64,000 nt of DNA, taken from Magallana gigas (Eukaryota). Below, one piece after another: positions 1 through 13,532 of the stretch (position 1 is the stretch's first letter; the number at the start of each line of letters is the position of its first letter). Made by a program: the position numbers and the translations under genes. Where the stretch lies: contig NC_088855.1 of assembly GCF_963853765.1 (NCBI RefSeq), positions 20,150,001-20,214,000 of the forward strand, given 5' to 3'. The notes beneath the pieces were generated by a model, which saw nothing but the letters and a program-made list of their open reading frames with translations, was not told where the DNA came from and did not search any database.

Positions 1-311
1 TCTCTCTTGCTGATTATCTTACATCTTAGAATACTTTTATTTAAGAAGAAATATTTCTGAAGTTTAATAGTTTTCTTTTCGAGTTTTGTAAATTTGTCAT
101 ATATGAAAGGAATACAAATCTTTCGAAGACACTTAATTTTGAAACATCGTTGTGTTTATGAATTTGTCATGTTTTGAAGGAAGACAAACACATATAAGAC
201 ACTTTATTTTCAAACATTCAATCTTTGCTATTTTGAAAAAAAAGTGTCAGATTATTTTTTTCAAAGTTTATTTGACGTACTAATGAACTCTGCAATAATT
301 CCTTGTTTTAG

Positions 312-1531
312 ATGGGTTCCTTCATTGTTGCTGTTTCATGCCTTTTTGCTGTCATTAGCGCTCGTCCCCAATATGGAAAAGGTAAATTTAAACATTTATT
401 TTACTCTTATTAGAACTTTGATTAAAAAAATTGTTTAATAATTTTTTCCCTGTAAAATGAAGATAAAATCAAAGAGACAATTTTAATTTTTCTCTTTAAG
501 GTGGTAATGTAGGCATGTCTAACATGATGATGAACATGATGCCAGCTAACATGGGCATGAACATGATGCCAGCTAACATGGGCATGAACATGATGCCAGC
601 TAACATGGGCATGAACATGATCCCAGCTAACATGAACATGATCCCAGCTAACATGAACATGATCCCAGCTAACATGAACATGATCCCAGCTAACAGGGGC
701 ATGAATATGGTGCCAGCTAACATGGGAATGAACATGATGCCAGCCAACATGGGAATGAACATGAAGAATGGAGCAATGAACATGATGATGCCAGCTAATA
801 TGGGAATGAACATGATGCCAGCTGATATTGAAATGAGCATGCCAGCAGGTATGGGTAATAACAAAGGAGCAAATAACATGATGCCAATTGATATGGAAAT
901 GAGCATGCCAGCCGGTATGGGTAACAACAAAGGAGCAAATAACATGATGCCAATAGATATGGAAATGAGCATGCCAGCTAATATGGGTAACGGAGCAAAT
1001 AACATGCCAATGAAGGTGGAAATGGACATGCCAGCTGCTAATGGTAATAACATGGGAGCAAATAACATGATGCCAATAGATATGGAAATGAGCATGCCGG
1101 CTGGTAATGGTAACAACAAAGGAGCAATGAACACCATGATGCCAGCTAATATGGGCATGAACATGATGCCAGCTAATATGGGCATGAACATGATGATGCC
1201 AGCTAATATGGGCAACATGATGATGCCAGCTAATATGGGCAACATGATGATGCCAGCTAATATGGGCAACATGATGAACAGAGCTATGAACATGATGATG
1301 ATGCCAATGAATATGGGTATGATGAATGGTGGAAACAATGGCGGTATGCCCAATGCTATGATGGGAAACATGATGGGAGCTGGTAACAACAAAATGAAAT
1401 GTAAGTACATAGGTCATATGTCTGTACAACTGCAAAAATTTAAATAAAATGATTTTTTGCGAGTACGTGTAAAAGAAAGTATTTTCCTATGTATATTGAT
1501 GTCTTGTTTTATCATTACAGCTCTCTATTAA
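312..1531 (+). CDS. SP1: secreted Met/Asn/Pro/Gly-rich repetitive protein, 326 aa (MGSFIVAVSCLFAVISA-RPQYGKG...MMPANMGMN repeats...NNKMKSLY)
   Basis: Exons 312-381, 501-1400 and 1521-1531 all have GT-AG boundaries and phase-1 introns that join in frame. The first coding exon is a signal peptide whose ATG directly follows the acceptor AG. About one third of residues are Met. AATAAA at 1609. The non-coding first exon is probably upstream of the window. Confidence 0.85.
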
Positions 1532-3620
1532 GTTTTTAATACACCAACACACTGGATCATAGAGGAAGGACCCCGGGGATGAACTAGATTTTTTTCCATT
1601 GCACATTGAATAAAATTTGTATTCAAATTTAAACTGTTTATATTATTTTGTTTATAGTAAGGAGGGTTTAAAAATGTTTTTAATTCATTCTTTTCAAATG
1701 TGCATGTTCACTGCAATCAAAATGATACTTTCAATTCACACTTTAAATTCGGTTTTCGTTTACAAATTCATAATTTATCTCCCGTGATGCAACATGCGTT
1801 GACCTTATCTCATAGTAAAAAGAAAACATTAACCGAAACCAATATTTAAGATTAACATTGTATTATTTACAAAATATGGAAATGCTATCAAACGTATTCG
1901 GATTTAAGAAATGCTCATAGACTTGGACGTGTAGTTGTAGGAGATAATGTTGGAGGCCAATCTAAGGGTCCAGAAAGATTCTCTTATTCCTTGTGGTTGT
2001 CAAAAGATCGTTCAAAAAAGAAGTATTGTAATTGCACATTACATAATTAATGTGTCAAATGACTGATGAATCATCGTGTTGCAAATTAGAATTTGCCATT
2101 TTTCACAAGATGCCAATGTTGATAAGATTTACAACAAAGAAAACTTTGCGGTAGGTTATCATTGCCGTTTAGTAAAACATTCTTAGTAATCAATTTACGA
2201 ACTTTCCATTACACCAAATTAAGCTGTTACTTTCATCTCTCTATGAATTAAATTTAATAACATTTAAATGGAGTGCTTTTTGTCACACTCTGTGTCAATT
2301 TTTGTTCTGAATTATATTAGGTCAAAGTTGTGTGAAAGTGCAATAAACGATGTTATGTTGTCACCACTCTGAAATTTCCGTATTCTGTTTTAGTTTCCTA
2401 GCAAGTTTTAGCACGTAAGCGGAAGTAAATGCATTTGATCCTCAGCTTAGACTGATCAAAGTAAAAAAAATAATTGTTCGGGTTATTTAATAGGGTCACA
2501 AGATAAACCAAAAACTGAGATCTCATGTCATGACTCCTTGTACGCTCCATTTCATACGGTTAATGTTTACAAATGTCTTAATTTGTCGTTACGAGGGAAA
2601 CTTTAAACAGAAATTACAATGAATATGTGCTCCTAAATGCTGTTAAACTCTACATCAATGTCAAAGAAAACCTGAAGCACATTGCAAAGTCCTCCATTTT
2701 GGAGCCAAATGCTTTCAGAGGAAAGAGTGTAAAAGCCAAAAAAAAATCCTTCAAGTTTCCATACCATCATAATAATAGTAGTAAGTAAATACACGCTACA
2801 TTGTTTATACACAAAACATAAAATCTATGGGTATTTAGATCACATAAATTCCTTAGTATTTTCATAAGTACACATATTACAATTTTAAAAGATATTTTTT
2901 AATGCACGCTTTGATGCAAGCGAGTCTCACAACATCTTAAATACTAATAATTTATTGCTAAAACTGATCAAAGATTTATTTTCTTAATTGTATCCCATAT
3001 GAGGCGGATGCAGAAATGAAGGTTGAGAGTATGACACGAGTTAATAAAGCATTTTTAAAGTGTGATGCTCTGAAAGTAATGAGAGTTAAAATGTAGAGAG
3101 TTGCAGAAATTAAGAAAACATTAGCTATCCTATTCAAATATAATTGATTAAAGGTGGTTGTACGACCCAAACAGTCTGGACACTCATTTTTCATCTTCAT
3201 TACTACATTTTTGGGAGATGTTGGAGACAGGTGCCTCCTTAATCCCTTTGACTCTAGAAAGACTAGAAATTCACCAAACTTTCAAGATAAGATGACTTAT
3301 TTAATATGGTATCTTAAAACGTTATAACCCAATATCAACTCTTATATATGCTCGAACGAAAATAAATTCCTAAGCTGATCGAAATTATAACAAAACACTC
3401 TCTCCCTTCAAAAAGTTAATCAAATGTAGCATACATGTATTGCGATTGTTGCAAGATTTTCTATAAACTATAGCGTGCCAAAGATTTCTTTCTCGTTTTC
3501 TGAAGACTTGTGAGTATATTACCATAAGCTACAAAAATAACATGACATAAACTACGTATACGAAATCTAATGATGTGTAAATCGGGTTTGATGGTTTTGG
3601 CCATTTTTAGACAAACATAA

Positions 3621-4545
3621 TCTATACTACTATATTAAAATAATAGACTCGAATTTTTGGTCTTTAATACCGAGAAATCGGAAGAATACTGTCTTTTGTT
3701 TTATATATTTTAAACATCATTGGTACTTGAAGATTACCAATTTGTTTTTATTTTTTCTCAGTTAAGCTTCGCTTATTAATAGTCAACGAAAGTTACTCAA
3801 AAAATCCCGGAAATCACCTGGATTTTTTTTTGATTTTACAATCTTGCGCTTGCGCAAAACATTCACACTAACGGGATCTTTAGTTTATGTTTCCACAATA
3901 TCACATCTGCATGAATTAACTCAGAAATACGGGTAAATTTTCATTGGACTTTTGCTATATATTCTGTTCATATATATTAATGATTTCTTATGAGAGAAAG
4001 TATAAAATAACAAATATACATGTACATTTCAACTAAGTACTTACTTTTGTCTTCGTGATGACAAAAAATATTTGATTACATGCAAAAAAGTAACATTATA
4101 TTTGTTAGGAGAGTGAAGAAGATAGAATATGTCTTATCGTAAAAAATAATGTCCTACGAACTCAGTTTTACAAAGAAAATATGTGTACAGTGGTGAAAAG
4201 GTTGTTGAATTTTTCCATTCTATGGACTAAATGTGTAGTTAAAAGGTATTTGCAGTCTCAGAAAGGTTTGTTGTGATGAATTTGACTGTTATTTTCAAGG
4301 CAACTACATTTACTTTCTCCAAAAGCGTTCCGGAGCGATTCTGCAATTTTCTGCTACACTACGGGCATTCTATCTGTGGTGAGAGCCTTTCCCGAGACAC
4401 AGATTATTCAACAACAAAAAAGGAAAGTGTTGTGAAATTAATAGCATTATTGTAGGCTTATAGCTTCGTTATGTAAATGTCAAAAATAAGGTGTGTCGAT
4501 GTACCTATTTCGGAAATGTCAACCCGTGCACGGGTCAAAGTCTAG
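3621..4545 (+). mobile_element. Non-autonomous Helitron (~925 bp)
   Basis: 5' TC terminus (TCTATACTACTATATT) after an A; palindrome ACCCGTGCACGGGT at 4522-4535; 3' CTAG at 4542-4545 followed by T. These are the canonical Helitron termini and A^T insertion site. Confidence 0.8.
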
Positions 4546-5138
4546 TCTTTTTTTAAAGAAGAGAGCTGTATAAAGACATAAGAGACTTTTCACATTTTAA
4601 AGTTAAAATACTTGGATCCCCCACCCAGTAATAGTGTGACGTCCTAAAAATAAGATATGAAATTTAAAAGTTAAATTTGTAGTCTTATAAATTAAGTCAT
4701 TTTGCCAATAAACTCAAACAGGCTTTTACCAGAGTAACTGCTTACACCTTATGTATTTCAAAACGAGACATATGATGTCCGCAGGCTATATATTGAATTT
4801 TACCTGATAAGAAATTATTGTAAAATCAATTAAAAACCTAATTCCATTATAGATAAATCAGTCCTAAATAGCAAAAAGAGAGTAGGTTGGTGGACACGCT
4901 TTGGCGGATCCAAGTCAGTGGAAATTTGCATTAAAATATTTACTAACCATGAAATGATATTGAATGATTACGCAATGGGTGAATATATTTACTGGGATCT
5001 TACTTAGAATATACACCGAAGTAAAGATTATATACAAATGTTGAATAAATGAAATACGGCAATTTGTTCCTTGAACGCGCAATTTAGTATTTTGATGGAT
5101 AATGCGCTCGCGAAGCACGGCACGTGAGAGAATGGAAT

Positions 5139-5377
5139 AGAACTTTCCAGAACGGGGTAACCAAAAACGCGGAATGACTAACTAACGTCATGGCGAATGT
5201 ACATTATAGGACGATTCATCAAGCATTGCTGGCAGATACCTTGGATTGGATATCTTTGGTTAATAAAAAAGTTAATAAATATTATGGAAAAATTTGTTTC
5301 GATTTTAAATTTTGATGGAAAGAACTTTCCAGAACGGGGTACCTAGGAACGCGGGTTGACTTCTAATGTCATGGCGG
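5139..5377. repeat. Degenerate direct repeat, period ~182 bp
   Basis: AGAACTTTCCAGAACGGGGT...AACGCGG...GTCATGGCG occurs at 5139 and 5321. Confidence 0.55.
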
Positions 5378-7431
5378 AAAGTGTAAGGCTAATGAACCAT
5401 CGAACATATACTTTAGATCTGACAACTTTAGTTTTAAATATCGAAATAGATATGCATGCGCCAGCGGATTTTTTTTTTTAATTTCATATATTTCATAGCA
5501 AGACAGAATTGTAGAGTAGTAAACCTTATACATTAATGTCTAAATCATAGACGGTCTATATGAATAAATGATGTATACATTAAATGGGAAAGTTGAATTT
5601 GGGGTAGGGTGACCCCCTCCCCAGTTGTTTTTTAATTAAAACAGTTTTTTCTCCTAAATTATGTTTTTAGACAGTGGAATTTATCAAGTAAGCTGCCATA
5701 CTCCTTTTTTTGATGCTGTTGTGTTTGTATTTCAATTTAACAGAATAGGCTTAGAAAGCAATTAAGAAAACTTTTGAACAAAGGATGTACAAAAATGAAC
5801 AAAATATCCAGTTTTCGTCATATTAAACATTGTATCATATTAATGTGTACAGTGTGAATTTCCATGATTGCGCGGGATATCATCTAGTGAATGATAATTT
5901 ATTGCAGTCCAGTTTTTAGTTGGTTGACAATTTTCGATCCTAGATCACATTTATTTTATAATAATGCATTTTATATGATTATATCAGCAAAAATGTTTAC
6001 ACATTTAGAGACACAATGTCCTTTTCTACTAGTTCTGAAATTATGCAAAAAGTATGCTTTAAACTCTGGAGATTAAATAGATATTCTTTCAAAAATATAT
6101 CGTTTAATTATTTACCACAAAACATTTTTGTTTAAGGTCTTTGATAGATAAACTTTACTTATAATTAAGAGAGGATGTGATTTTTTTTTCCATTTCGCAT
6201 GTGTCAACTCATAATAAAACTGATTTTGAAGAACAAGAAAAACTACACAAATTCACATCAAATTAGAACAACTGATGACAACATCGATTGTTATAACAGA
6301 TGTCAATTTAAAAATTCATTACATTTTTATCCTTTTTAATATTTTTCAAAAGTTAATAATACATGTGATACACTTTCATCACCTACACCAGAACCTGAAA
6401 TTTGCTTATGTAGGCAAAAAACTTAAGAAAAAGGGACACTCAAAGAGTGTTCAAACAGATTGATAAGAAGGATAGATAGATGGGGGGGGGAGGTTACGAA
6501 AGTTTTTAAAAACATTTAAATTGTGTCCGTAAAATGAAATGAAACTTTAAAAAAAACTCTATTTAAATCCATTTCATTTAATTCCATTTACTTTTTTACT
6601 ATTTAATTCCATTTACAGTTTAATATATTGCAAGACACAGGAATAAATGGCCATATGCAGATTTCACTTTTTATATCATGTGGTTCAAAACTGTTTTTAT
6701 CAAAACTAAATGTATCAAAGACTTTGTTTTCATTTATATAATTCCGATAAATAATCTGAACAAGTTTTATAACTTTTTTTATTATTATCATTTTGATACA
6801 GTATTTACGGTTCATCTGTATTTATATTCAAGATGTGTTGACAAAAATGATTTAAAAGAAAAAAAAAAATTTTGGGGGGGGGGGGGTGCAATAAAATACA
6901 AACCTATGATTATAAAAATAATGTTGCATATTGAAAACAATGAACACTTTCACATAATGGTTTATGCATATTTGTATAATAATGCAAATGTTGAAAATTA
7001 ACAGTAGTAAATGCCTGCTATGATGTATGAAAATTAAAATGAAAAAATTAAACTGATTCTTTTTAGCTTCAAACTCTCTTGTCGTCATCATGGCTAAATT
7101 CTTAATGAAAAATAAAATTTGTATGTAAAAATTGTAAATCTTTACTAATAAAGTGCTAAGGATTTTTATAATAATTGATTTTTATCAAAATACAAAAGTC
7201 AGCATTTAAATTGGGCAAAAGCAATTAAAGACGTAATCGTGACGATTTGGGAGAATAAAGTCAACAATAAAAGAGGTAATGTATGTTAAGGTTGTCCCAA
7301 TTTAACAACAAACACTGCAAAATACAATGTTTGTTAAATATTTTGAACTATTTGTGTCGGATATAAAAGAAAACAAGCGTGTAAAAATGTCAAGTTCAGG
7401 TGTCAAACAACAAAATCATGTACAACGCTGT

Positions 7432-7558
7432 CCAATCCCCGCCCTTCTGCCCGGAAATTCATTGTAAACCCTAACTATATAAACCCGTCCTGGAAATCAA
7501 TTCCGTACATTGTTCCATTCCTCCTATTGGAAAGAATCAATCCACCAGTTCATCAAAG
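7432..7558 (+). promoter_or_regulatory. SP2 core promoter and non-coding exon 1
   Basis: CCAAT at 7432, GC box CCCCGCCC at 7437, ETS-like CCGGAAAT at 7451, TATATAAA at 7476, donor AAAG|GTAAGT at 7559. Confidence 0.65.
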
Positions 7559-7658
7559 GTAAGTTCGTAACTATTTATTTGCATTTTAATTCAATTCAAT
7601 CCTTATATTTACTGTTGAAGCGAACATTGCAGTATCTGTGTAAATGGTTATTTTTTAG

Positions 7659-8406
7659 ATGGCTTCTCTTTTGCGCATTGTCACCGCTGTTATGGCTGTT
7701 GCCATGGTCTGTGCCAGAGGCTATGGACCTGGTAAGTTTCATGATAATATACTGTATCTTAACAAGATACAAGATTTAAAATTTTCGTTTCAAATTAAAT
7801 ACGTAGTAATTTTATTATTATTTATCAAATACAGGTATGGGCGGTAACATGATGCCAATGGGTGGAAATATGGGCGGTAACATGATGCCCATGGGTGGTA
7901 ACATGATGCCAATGGGCGGCAACATGATGCCAATGGGTGGAAACATGATGCCAATGGGTGGAAACATGATGTCAATGGGTGGAATGGGTTCCATGGGAAA
8001 TGGAATGATGCCAATGGGTAAAATGATGAAAGCCATGATGGGTATGAATTCAATGGGATCCATGGGCAGTATGGGTGGTAACATGATGCCAATGGGTGGC
8101 AACATGATGCCAATGGGTGGAAACATGATGCCAATGGGCGGAAACATGGGCGGTATGGGAGGTAAGTTACACTAAGAGAAATAAGAACATTAGATATAGG
8201 AATAGTATGGTAATGAGATTGAACCATTTAATGACGCATGCAGTAATTCATGGATATCTTTTTTTTCTTTAAACAGGTATGTCAATGAAATGTAAGTATA
8301 ATTTAAATTATTAAACATTCTGATGCGAATTGGTACAAAAATATTTGTTGATTAGTTTTTAATTAAACGTACATCTTCTTTGTCTATTTCAGCTTCTTAC
8401 ATGTAA
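7659..8406 (+). CDS. SP2: secreted Gly/Met-rich protein with (GGNMMPM)n repeats, 142 aa, abductin-like composition
   Basis: Exons 7659-7731 (signal peptide MASLLRIVTAVMAVAMVCA-RGYGP), 7835-8161, micro-exon 8277-8291 and 8393-8406 (ends MSMKSSYM*). All introns are GT-AG phase 1. 44 Met in the 108 full codons of the repeat exon. AATAAA at 8468. Confidence 0.87.
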
Positions 8407-9934
8407 ATCTCCTTCCTGATTCCCTGGACTTTAACCAAAATGCTGCATATGTAAAATGTTAACATCAAATAAACAACTGCAATTTTACATTATTCTTTGA
8501 TTATTTGCTATCGTAGTTATCTTGGTGTACAATTATTTCTAATACCAGTGTCGAGATACTAATCTATACGGGAAGTAAAGAGGCTTTTGTGACAGAAAAA
8601 TGTAGCCGGAAAAAACTGACTTTTGATGCTTTATTTAGCAATTGCTGATAGTACATACGCATCAATAACACGTTTTGACAAAATGGAACCATATCAAGGA
8701 ACTTATATAAATAAATTTACTTTGCTTCGGCTTTATTTATCTTAGCTGTAATATAATTTTCTGTGTCATCAGCATGGAATAATTTTTGGTCGTAAGCCAA
8801 CTTATTTCATTAAATTTATAAACGGCAAAATAATATTTAAAACACCGCAAACTGTTCATATTGGGGCCCAGTTAAGGTTTTTAACCATTTCTGAATCCTA
8901 GGAAATTAAAATATCTGAAATGTTTTCTGTTTTGAATAACGTATTTGCTATATGTCTTTTTAACAAACTTTCTTATGTGAAATAAGTGTGTATGTAAAAG
9001 AGCTTAGAATTACACATAATAAAGGTGAAAAAAGAACTGATTAATACATTCATTGTTAATATGGTTGAATACAATGTATTGGTAAAAGTCTGATTGTGCA
9101 TACATCCATGAATTAACCAGAGCAATTATGTTTTAGACGTTAGGTGTTAATTTACAGCACCTATAGAACAAGAGGCCCATGGGGCCACGTCGCTCACCTG
9201 AGCAACAATGGGCGTTCAAAAGATATTGTGCCATATGGTCCCTCGGTAGAATAACAAAAAATAAATATTGTAAAGTATTCGAATTTACACTTATTTTTGC
9301 ATACACGTAATCTTTGACATTGTACCTTCATGAAATACTATTTTTTACCAGAATAAGAAAATCCTACGCAAGATATAAAACTAAACATTTGGTAGGGGTA
9401 CACTTAAGTTGTTAACTTCCAATTCCTTATTTTTTCGTTCTGCCCCCCCCCCCCCCCACTTTGTAAAGCGATCAAAATATATGAGAGCATATAGGTACAT
9501 TTTTTTCATCAACTACTTATTAGTTATTGTATTTAAAAAAATATATAATAGTTATTGTTTTATATTTAAAAAATCCTACATGTGTAGATGTGAAAAAGAA
9601 AATTGTACCTCAATGTGCTCAATTCCTCAAATTAGAAACATTCAAAAATTTAATTTGTCTTCTCCATTATAATTAAATGACCGTTATTTACCTCGCGTAC
9701 AAACCAGGATAATTTTCCGCTGTGATATTTTCTTAGGAATAGCAATAATTACTTTATCCCCGCAACAGAAATGTGTCAGAACTATGGAAACTGTTTTAAA
9801 GATGTCGTTTTTATTTACTCGTGTCTGAATAACAATCAAAATTGATGTAGATTTCACATTATTTATTGTATAAAGAGGGGGCCCCAGAGAGTAGGTATAT
9901 ACAGAATATCATTCTTTTATTTTGTTTGTACAAG

Positions 9935-11725
9935 TATTTCCAACGGAAGACCTTATAGTTTTCGTACAGTTTCTTATTATTATTTTTTTTCCATAAATTT
10001 TGTGCACGCGATTTCTCGGAAACTATCCAACCGATTTACACAATTTTTTCACAGATGATAGGAAGTGATCTGAATTTATTTTGTTTATAATATTTTTGCC
10101 GTCGTCACTTCCGGTACCGATTTATTGCTGATTTTGTCACTTTTTCGACCCATTTTGTGCACGCTTTATCTCAAAATTATCAGAGATATGAATATGAAAT
10201 TTTCAGGATAGGTAGACCATAGTCTGAAGTTGTGCCTATTGTTTTTGTTTTACGCCATTGGCGCCGTTCGTGAGAGCTCACTATGGCACGAAAATTGGGT
10301 ACGAATTTTGTTCCCCTTTTTTGTACACACAATTTCTCAGTGACGGTTCAATAGATTTTCTTGAAATTTTTAGGAGTGATAGAAATAAATTATATCTCAA
10401 GAATCCAATTTTTCATTTTTTCAAAGTTCATTTCCTGTCGTCCGTTTCCTGTCCCGCGATAACAAGCTTGTGACATTGGGATCTCAAAAATGACAAGGAT
10501 TTGAGCATTCAGACTTTGTAGGATTATAGAACTATAGTTGTAGATGTCTTTAAATTATTTTGTTTTGTTCGTCATAACTTCCGGTCGTCACCGGAAGCAT
10601 TTCAATTTTTTTTTATTTTGCATTTAATTTGTTTCATATAGAATTGAAATATAAGTAATAAACCTTACATATGTCATGTGTCCGATGTAAAAAAAATAAC
10701 CAAAAAATTCTACTTCCGGTGAGATATCTCAAATATCTCAGAAAGCGTTTTTTAAACAAATGTTTTACCCACGAAATCTCAGAGAGTCGAGTGATCAACA
10801 CACAAAACTTATATAGATAATAGACATTCGATAGATAATGCGTTTAATTGCTTTCATTTTGTCAACCGTCACTTCCGGTCCTCACCGGAAGGGTTAAAAC
10901 AAATCCAGCGGTTTGAAAGCTTAACTGTTTTCCTTGGACAATTTTAGTACAATTCATAAACAATAAAGGCCAAGTGTCTAATGTTCAAGAAACACTAAGT
11001 TTTTATTTTCACTGAGCATTTCCGTATGTCCGTTTTCTGCCAAGAGAAAAAAAAACAATGACTCTACGAGATCTGAAAAACAGTGATGATATGAACAACC
11101 ATTCTTTGTGGGATGATAGCCCTAAGTATGTATCCATGGTTTACATTATTTTGTTTGAATCGTGGTCACTTCCGGTCGTCACTGGAAGCACTTAAAAATG
11201 TTTTTTTTACATGGAATGAATACCGGTATATCATTACACGATCTTATATGTGTTAAATAAGGAAACATATTCTACTTCCGGTGAGTTATATCAAATATTT
11301 TAGGTACTTATCCTTTTTACAAATTTGATACCCGCGAGATTTTAGTCTTTGTAGGTGATTGAGACACGAACATTTATGAATGATAGACAATTGATTGAAG
11401 ATGTGTTTATCGGGTTTCTTTTTTCAACCGTCATTTCCGGTACTCACGAGAAGAGTTCATACAATTCATGATTTTAACAAGTTTAACCGATTGTTTTTGG
11501 TGTTTCATCTAGGATAATAAACAGTGATGTACACTAGGCAAATGTATACAAAAAACCTAGCTTTAGTTTTCATTAATCACTTCCGTTCGCCCGTTTCCGG
11601 TCTCGAGACAAAAAACCTAGTTTCACCAGGACCTTAGATTTTTCAGAGAGTATCGATATTTCATTGTATCGCATAAAACAAAATCGGACGGAAGACCTAA
11701 TCGTTACTTGTAACGAGATCTAGTT
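9935..11725 (+). mobile_element. Second Helentron/Helitron-type element with ~295-bp internal tandem repeats
   Basis: CGGAAGACCT motif near both ends; 3' hairpin TCGTTACTTGTAACGA followed by CTAG at 11720-11723; CACTTCCGGTC...CCGGAAG motif recurs at ~10575, ~10868 and ~11166. Confidence 0.65.
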
Positions 11726-11729
11726 AACG

Positions 11730-12300
11730 TACTCTAATTCATATAGAATTTCTAATGTTCAACCAAAATTCAGCGTCAATCGTAGAATTATAAGCAAGAT
11801 ACAGAGCTCACAGTTCGCCTAGGTTTGAGTCATATTTTTTCACATGAGTTTATTACATTCAGCTTAAGATTTTTAACTTCGTATTTCCTATTCAGCATTT
11901 AAAATGGAAAAAAAGAATGGCCCTTAGATTTTCAATTCAATTCTATTCACTCAAGACCAGTTCACTGGTATTTGAGGTTCAAAATCAGTTTATACATTTG
12001 TACAAATGTACACAAACACAGTCAAGGATCACATGTACAGTAGGAGTAATAATGACATAAAAAGGTTAAGTTTACAATACAATAAGTTGTTAAAGTTGGT
12101 TTCTGGAAGAACAGACTTTGAAAATTTTCTTTAAAAATATTGACAATTTTTTTTACTTTTTTAATCTTTAGTTTTTAAGATCTGTGTACAAACATAGAAT
12201 TGTGAGCAAATCTCTGTATCTTGCCTATAATTCGAAGCTTAACACTCAAATATGGTTAGTAAATAGAAATTGTAAACAATTAAACACAAGAAACATGCAC
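11730..12300. mobile_element. Degenerate inverted-repeat MITE remnant
   Basis: GAATTATAAGCAAGATACAGAGCTCACA at ~11783 is mirrored by TGTGAGC...CTCTGTATCTTGCCTATAATTC at ~12201. A related motif occurs at ~15697. Confidence 0.45.
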
Positions 12301-12916
12301 TATAACAAATAAAGAACACAGTTTATTTTTTCGAAATGAATCATATATATACATGTATATATACCTAGTAGACATATTTCCGTCAGCGGTATCAAACTCT
12401 ATTTAAACTGAATAAACTCGAGAAAATGCCGAGGATCTTAACAAAACCTATTGCATTAATCTACCATTACGCAAAAGATATATATAATGCCGAATTACCG
12501 ATAGAATGAATTGTATTTCAGTAGTTTTTTGATACATCAGATTTTGCTTAATTTGCGCAGGTAAACAGTTAACTGTTTGATTTACCGAAGTCTCTGTTTG
12601 ATTTGATACGTAAAAATCACGAAATACAGATGATAGTTCCCAGGTTACAAAGCATAAATAATGAAAACGAAACGTAAATCAGAACAAGCTAACACCAACG
12701 TCATGTGTGAAAACTGTCAACGCATTGAAATATTTAGCCTCAATTTACTTTACAAAATCGGCACCAATATATTTTGCATGTTTCAAAAATTTCCCTTCAT
12801 ACGCGAACTGTTGCACAACAAGCAAATTCATCATAGTCAGATCGACTCTTTTTCGTATAATGTCATGGCTGCTTTAAACAAAGAACCTCGTTTTAGAAGT
12901 ATGGAATACGAGTCTT

Positions 12917-13131
12917 GGTAAAATGGGTATGCAAACCCGGGCCGTGGCAAAATAAAAGCCGGGGCAGATCGGCAATCGTCAATTCCAAATACGCATTATT
13001 TTGCAGCAATATTTACAGCGATTACAAATATACCGGTCCATCAAATATCCTGAAATTTTAATAAGATTGGCAGATTAATAACTGCCAATATTTTGTTTTG
13101 CCCAGGCCAAGTCTTGCCTACCCATTTTACC
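12917..13131. mobile_element. MITE with ~40-bp imperfect TIRs
   Basis: GGTAAAATGGGTATGCAAA...GGCAAAATAAAA versus TTTTGTTTTGCCC...TTGCCTACCCATTTTACC. Confidence 0.55.
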
Positions 13132-13290
13132 GGATGCCGAACTCGAAGCTATTAAACTGATTGAAACACGCCTTTCCTTTTTTATTATTTTCGTAATAAC
13201 TCAGATTTGAAACAGAATTATCCCTTAATTTTTGCAATTTATGTTTTCCTTCCCATAAAGATAATTTATGCTAAACTACGTTGAATTGGA

Positions 13291-13322
<32 letters not shown>

Positions 13323-13414
13323 ATGCACCCCCTTTTTCTACAGTTTCAAGGTTTTCTCCGCTTTGAATACAGATTGGACTTTTATTTCTGCAATTTATAT
13401 TCGCCCTCCCATAA

Positions 13415-13446
<32 letters not shown>

Positions 13447-13532
13447 ACAAGCGGTTTTAGAGAAGAAGTTCAAAATGTAAAAAGTTTACAGACGGACAGA
13501 CAAACGGACGACGGATAAAATGTGATCAGAAT

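Noticed and set aside
422-1435. 337-aa His-rich and 304-aa hydrophobic ORFs on the minus strand
   Set aside because: Antisense shadows of SP1: His CAT is the reverse complement of Met ATG, and the restricted codon set avoids stops. Splice sites, signal peptide and polyA signal all support the plus strand.
1871-2050. Open frame ...DLRNAHRLGRVVVGD... faintly like LINE ORF1 RAHRLG motifs
   Set aside because: Only 59 codons, no start or splice support, and the motif is too short to call without a search.
7790-8227. Minus-strand Cys/His/Pro-rich and PPIGIM repeat ORFs
   Set aside because: Antisense shadows of the SP2 GGNMMPM repeats.
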